From Thermoanaerobaculia bacterium (GTDB lineage Bacteria; Acidobacteriota; Thermoanaerobaculia; UBA5066), in contig CAWFJJ010000005.1 in the NCBI GenBank assembly GCA_963816185.1, positions 96,001-160,000 on the forward strand: a stretch of 64,000 nt of DNA, written 5' to 3'. Below the pieces are notes generated by a model that made no database searches, was not told the DNA's origin, and saw only the letters and a list, made by a program, of their open reading frames with translations. A program made the translations under genes and the position numbers. Positions 57,499-64,000 of this stretch are shown here, piece by piece. How positions within the stretch are numbered: the first letter of the stretch is position 1; each line of letters starts with the position of its first letter.

Positions 57499-60062
57499 GG
57501 TCGATCTTCAACCTCGGGTCCGGCTCTCCCGGTGAGCTCCTCCGCCGCAAGTACACGAGCTTCCGGCGCCTTCTCGCGACGAACAACGAGATCCTCGAGC
57601 GGATCGCGGACCTCGAGGGAACCCTGGCCGCCGACCAGCCGATCCCCAACGACGAGCTCCTCGCGATCGCCCAGGCCGTCCGGGAGCGTGCCCTCCTGAT
57701 CGTGGAGGATCTCGACGTCATCGCCGAGGGCCGCTATCGCTCCCTGCGGGGGAACGTGGAGCGGATTGCCGCGGGGATCGAAGAGGCGCTCCGAAGCGTA
57801 CAGGGAACCCCGGTGACCGCCGCCTGCCTTCCGCTGGAGGGGCTGGATCGGCGGATGGCCGACGTCGTGGGGGGAAAGACCGCCAACCTCGGAGAGGTTC
57901 GCAACGTCGTCGGGTTGCCTGTTCCTCCTGGCTTCGCGATCACCGCCTTTGCATACCGGTCGTTCGTCTCCGGAGCGGGGATTCAGGAGCGCCTCACCGA
58001 GCTCTGGCGCGGTGTGGACTGGGATGACCTCCGGAACGTCCACAGGGCCGCCGACCAGATGCAGGCGCTCGTCCTCGGAGCCGAGATCCCGCAGGACGTG
58101 CGGGAGTCGATCACTCTTTCGGCACACGACCTCTATCGGCTCTCGTCGGGGCGTCCACGCGTCTCGATGCGCTCCTCCGCGATCGGCGAGGACAGCCGTA
58201 CCTCTTTCGCCGGCCAGTACGCGAGCTTCCTCAACGTCCCCCTCGAGCAGGTTCTCCGCCGCTACAAGGAGACCGTGGCGAGCAAGTTCGGCGCCCGGGC
58301 GCTCTTCTACATGCACTCGAAGGGGCTTCGCGAGGGCGAGATCGCGATGAGCGTGGGCTGCTTTCTGATGATCGAGGCGCGCGCTGCCGGCGTCGGGTAC
58401 ACCGTCGACCCGAACGACCCCGACCGGGACATGATGACGGTCGCGGCCGTGTGGGGCCTCGGCAGGCCCGTCGTGGACGGTACGATGACGCCCGACGTCT
58501 ACCTCGTGCCCCGAAGCTCGCGGAGCGGCGCGGTGCAGCGGCAGGTCGTCGTCAAGCCGCGCCGGATCGTCTGCGGCCCCGACGAGGGAGTCGTGGAAGA
58601 GGACGTGCCGCCGGAGCTGCAGGATCGCCCCTGCCTCGACGACGCGCAGCTCGATCGGCTGGCCGGATACATGCGGGCCCTGGAGGCCCACTACCGCACC
58701 CCTCAGGACGTGGAGTGGGTCCTCGACATGCACGGCCGCTTGTTCATCGTCCAGACGCGCCCTCTCGCTCTCCCCGAGAGTCCGGCGCCCAGGCTTCCCA
58801 ATTCCCCGGAAGTAAATCGCGACTGCTTGCTCTTTTTCAAGGGGGCGACCGCATGCCCCGGGGTCGGCGTGGGACCGGTCGTCCACGCCGAAAGCGACGA
58901 GGAGCTCTCGCAGTTCCCGCTCGGAGGCGTCCTCGTCGCGAGCCAGAATTCGCCCCGATTCGTCAACGTCATGACGCGCGCGGCGGCCATCGTCACCGAC
59001 GTCGGAAGCGTCACAGGGCACATGGCGTCGCTGGCGAGAGAATACGGCGTCCCGACCCTGTGTAACGTCGGCGAGGCGACCCGGCTCCCGCCGGGGTTGG
59101 AAGTGACGGTAGACGCCACGGCCGGCGCCGTCTACAGGGGACGCGTCGAGGAGCTCGTCTCGCGGGGGCGCGTCCAGAGACGGACCCTCAGGAACCTCCC
59201 CTCGGCCGCCGTCCAGGAGCGCGTGACGGCGCGGATCGCACACCTGAACCTGACCGACCCCTCGAAGAACTCGTTTCGGGCCAAGAACTGCACGACGTAT
59301 CACGACGTCGTCCGGTTCTGCCATGAGATGGCAATTTCCGAGATGTTCCACGTCAACGATTACTCGGAGCTCCGCGAGCGGGGGATGGCGTTCCGGCTCG
59401 AGACGGACGTCCCGCTGGGGATCTACGTCATCGACCTCGGAGACGGGCTCACGGCTCCGCCGGGGGCGCGCGGCATCACCCCGGCCCAGATCGTCTCGGT
59501 CCCGATGCGCGCGCTCTGGCGCGGCATCACGGCGCGCGGCGTCCGGTGGGCCGGCGCGCGGCCCATCGACGTGGGAGGCTTCCTTTCCGCCATGGCCAGC
59601 ACCGTCGCGGACGGTGCGCGGGGCGAGCGGGGGCTCGGGGACAACTCGTACGCGATGGTGGGAGCGAACTACGTCAACTTCGGATCGCGCCTCGGCTATC
59701 ACTTCACGACGCTGGAGGCGGTCTGCGGAGAAAGCGTCCATGAGAACTACATCGTCTTTCGCTTCAAAGGGGGAGCCGCCGAGCTCCAGAGGCGCGAGCG
59801 CCGGGTCCGCTTCATCGCGGACGTCCTGTCCCACTACGGCTTCGAGGTGGACCGCCGCCGGGATCTCCTCAATGCCTGGGTGAAGAAGCTCGATCGCCCG
59901 GCCATCGAGACACGCCTCGAGGTCCTCGGGCGCCTGATGGGTTGCGTCCGCCAGCTCGACGTCCTGATGCACGCGGAGACCTCCGTCGGTCAGTGCGTCG
60001 AGGCGTTCCTCGCGGGCCGCTTCGAATTCTTCGACTTCGAAAAGGGCGGCCCGGGCCCATGA
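57486..60062 (+). CDS. PEP-synthase-like dikinase B (paralog of A)
   Basis: VGGKTANLGE, MRSSAIGED..SFAGQY, PQDVEW, VQTRPL, GSVTGHMASLAREYGVP; same C-terminal domain; ATG 57486. Confidence 0.87.
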   Translation: MAFLRSIFNLGSGSPGELLRRKYTSFRRLLATNNEILERIADLEGTLAADQPIPNDELLAIAQAVRERALLIVEDLDVIAEGRYRSLRGNVERIAAGIEEALRSVQGTPVTAACLPLEGLDRRMADVVGGKTANLGEVRNVVGLPVPPGFAITAFAYRSFVSGAGIQERLTELWRGVDWDDLRNVHRAADQMQALVLGAEIPQDVRESITLSAHDLYRLSSGRPRVSMRSSAIGEDSRTSFAGQYASFLNVPLEQVLRRYKETVASKFGARALFYMHSKGLREGEIAMSVGCFLMIEARAAGVGYTVDPNDPDRDMMTVAAVWGLGRPVVDGTMTPDVYLVPRSSRSGAVQRQVVVKPRRIVCGPDEGVVEEDVPPELQDRPCLDDAQLDRLAGYMRALEAHYRTPQDVEWVLDMHGRLFIVQTRPLALPESPAPRLPNSPEVNRDCLLFFKGATACPGVGVGPVVHAESDEELSQFPLGGVLVASQNSPRFVNVMTRAAAIVTDVGSVTGHMASLAREYGVPTLCNVGEATRLPPGLEVTVDATAGAVYRGRVEELVSRGRVQRRTLRNLPSAAVQERVTARIAHLNLTDPSKNSFRAKNCTTYHDVVRFCHEMAISEMFHVNDYSELRERGMAFRLETDVPLGIYVIDLGDGLTAPPGARGITPAQIVSVPMRALWRGITARGVRWAGARPIDVGGFLSAMASTVADGARGERGLGDNSYAMVGANYVNFGSRLGYHFTTLEAVCGESVHENYIVFRFKGGAAELQRRERRVRFIADVLSHYGFEVDRRRDLLNAWVKKLDRPAIETRLEVLGRLMGCVRQLDVLMHAETSVGQCVEAFLAGRFEFFDFEKGGPGP

Positions 60063-60093
60063 ATCGGCCGGCCCGGGGCCGGAAAGCTCTCTG

Positions 60094-60131
60094 AAAAGAA
60101 GGGAGCCCCGCCGAAACCGGCCGGGGCTCCC
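60094..60131 (-). terminator. Rho-independent terminator for hppA (between convergent operons)
   Basis: GGGAGCCCCG/CGGGGCTCCC stem followed by TTCTTTT on the minus strand. Confidence 0.8.
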
Positions 60132-60167
60132 GAGGATCTCTGCTCTTCTTCTCGAGCCGGTGCCGGA

Positions 60168-62408
<2,241 letters not shown>

Positions 62409-62493
62409 AACACTGTCTCTCCTCTCCTCATTCGAACTGGTGGTGTCTGTACCGTGTCACGAACCGGGCGGGTATGGCAATGGTGCGGCTCAA

Positions 62494-63291
62494 TCAGTGT
62501 CCCCCGCGTCCAAAAAGAGTACCCGCGAGCCATCCTGCCGCCACTGCGATGAGCACGGTGAAAGCACCATAGACGAGCGGGCGTCGCTCCGCGAGCCGTG
62601 ACACCCAATCGACCACGCCCTTCTTGCGCACGAAGAGATTGCTGGTCTGAACGCCCAGCATCCGATCGTCGCCGAGAAACGAGGTGGTGACCTGGTATCG
62701 GCCGTCCGGAGCGCAGGCGGGGAGGCTGAACACGTGGTAGAAGGCGCCCCGATCGTTGAGGCGGATCCCGTTGGGCCGGACGCCGTAGAGACCGCGCTGG
62801 CCCTGCAGGTCCCAGAATCCCTCCAACACCCGGCCGCTCTCGCCCTCGTGCATCGGCCCCGAGAGGCTCGAGAGACGGGCGTGCGCGATCAGCGTCTCGC
62901 GACCGGCGGCGAGGTCGAAGGGGGCGAGGAGTCGATTGCTCGCCTCGAGATCATCGGCAGGCAGGCACGGGGCGAAGCCGTTGCACAGGGGGGAGCTCAC
63001 GTTCACGAGGTAGAGCCCCGGCACACCCGAAAGGCGGTATTGACGGACGCCCAGCCAGAACAACGCGACCCGCCCCTTCTCCATGAGACGGACGACGCCG
63101 GCCGAGGGCCCCTCCAGCACGGCCAGCACGCGCCGAGTCCCGGCCGGCGCGGTCCCGTGCAGGAAGAGGTCCAGGCCCGAGAAGGAGTAGGAAACCTCCA
63201 CGCGCTCCACGTCCGATTGCGGGACGACCGCCGAGACCGGGACGGAGACCTCCGGTCTGTTCAGGACGGCGAAGAGGAGGAATGCCAGCAA
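62494..63291 (-). CDS. TIGR02186-like membrane-anchored partner of TSUP transporters
   Basis: FSG..LFLHG, KGRVALFW, F.LP..APDG.YQV, C-terminal TM helix; directly follows a TSUP gene. Confidence 0.75.
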   Translation of the reverse strand: MLAFLLFAVLNRPEVSVPVSAVVPQSDVERVEVSYSFSGLDLFLHGTAPAGTRRVLAVLEGPSAGVVRLMEKGRVALFWLGVRQYRLSGVPGLYLVNVSSPLCNGFAPCLPADDLEASNRLLAPFDLAAGRETLIAHARLSSLSGPMHEGESGRVLEGFWDLQGQRGLYGVRPNGIRLNDRGAFYHVFSLPACAPDGRYQVTTSFLGDDRMLGVQTSNLFVRKKGVVDWVSRLAERRPLVYGAFTVLIAVAAGWLAGTLFGRGGH

Positions 63292-63292
63292 G

Positions 63293-64000
63293 TCAGTGTC
63301 CGCCGCCCGCCCTGGCGAAGTCGATGAGCTGCGCCGGCGGAATGAGGAGCTGTACGAGGAGGATGGCCATCACCACGAGCACGATGAGCGCGAGGAACAC
63401 CCGAATCTGCTCGCCGCGGAGGCGGCGGCTGGCCGCCACGCCGAACTGGGCGCCGATGACGGATCCGGCGAAGAGCGCGACCGCAAGCATGACGTCCACC
63501 GTTTGGTTGGTCAACGACTGCTGCAGTGTCACGTTGGCCGAGGTCAGCACGATCTGGAAAAGGTCCGTCCCCACCGCGACGCGCGTGGGGATGCCGATGA
63601 TGTAGATCATCGTCGGAAGCATGATGAAGCCGCCCCCGACTCCCAGGAAGGCGGCGAGCAGGCCCACGAGGACGCCTGCGCCGACGGGAAGGAGGACCGA
63701 CGTGCGGAGTCCCGACTTCGGGAAATGGACCTGCAGCGGCAGGCGGGAGAACAAAACCGTGAGCGTGCCGCCCGAGGGTTCGCCCGCTCGGGATCGGCCC
63801 CGCCATGCGCGCAAGCCCTCGCGCAGCATGCCGAGGCCGATGAACCCGAGCACGAGGACGTAGACGAGCTTGAGGAAGAAGTCGAAGTTCCCGAGGTTGC
63901 GGAGAACCTTCACGAGATGGACCCCGGCGAACCCGCCGGCCCAGCCCCCGCAGACGATGAACAGCCCCATCTTGAAGTCCACGTTTCCCAGGCGAGAGTG
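63293..64000 (-). CDS. TSUP (TauE/SafE) family transporter (5' end outside the window)
   Basis: HSRLGNVDFKMG, AFLGVGGGFIMLP, AVGTDLFQI. Confidence 0.92.
   Translation of the reverse strand, partial: HSRLGNVDFKMGLFIVCGGWAGGFAGVHLVKVLRNLGNFDFFLKLVYVLVLGFIGLGMLREGLRAWRGRSRAGEPSGGTLTVLFSRLPLQVHFPKSGLRTSVLLPVGAGVLVGLLAAFLGVGGGFIMLPTMIYIIGIPTRVAVGTDLFQIVLTSANVTLQQSLTNQTVDVMLAVALFAGSVIGAQFGVAASRRLRGEQIRVFLALIVLVVMAILLVQLLIPPAQLIDFARAGGGH

Noticed and set aside
54925-60062. Naming the two dikinase-like genes ppsA or ppdK
   Set aside because: The pyruvate/PEP-binding C-terminal barrel is absent

Overview
GC-rich bacterial DNA; the gene style suggests Acidobacteriota, possibly Thermoanaerobaculia-like (inference only). 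1-20 kb: mfd, two parvulin PPIases, RNase D, and a dcw cluster (mraZ-rsmH-ftsL-ftsI-murE-mraY-murD-ftsW-murG-murC-ftsQ-ftsA-ftsZ) that lacks murF, murB and ddl. 20-48 kb: mixed housekeeping and accessory genes, including an OsmC-family gene with an in-frame UGA plus a SECIS-like hairpin (probable selenoprotein), two frameshifted genes, PFOR with a DHOD-like partner, M16 protease, YchF, Ser/Thr kinase, malic enzyme, ABC exporter, tRNA-Glu and tRNA-Arg. After tRNA-Arg lies a direct-repeat-flanked gene for a 14-repeat secreted protein. 52.7-64 kb holds the best candidate for an uncharacterised system. A putative sigma54-driven operon (CMK-like/BON protein, small membrane protein, TSUP transporter, two dikinase-like proteins with a non-canonical substrate domain) converges on a second operon (TSUP, TIGR02186-like protein, K+-independent H+-pyrophosphatase). 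Three of its membrane proteins share a C-terminal G-H tail. All family calls come from motif recognition; no database search was run.
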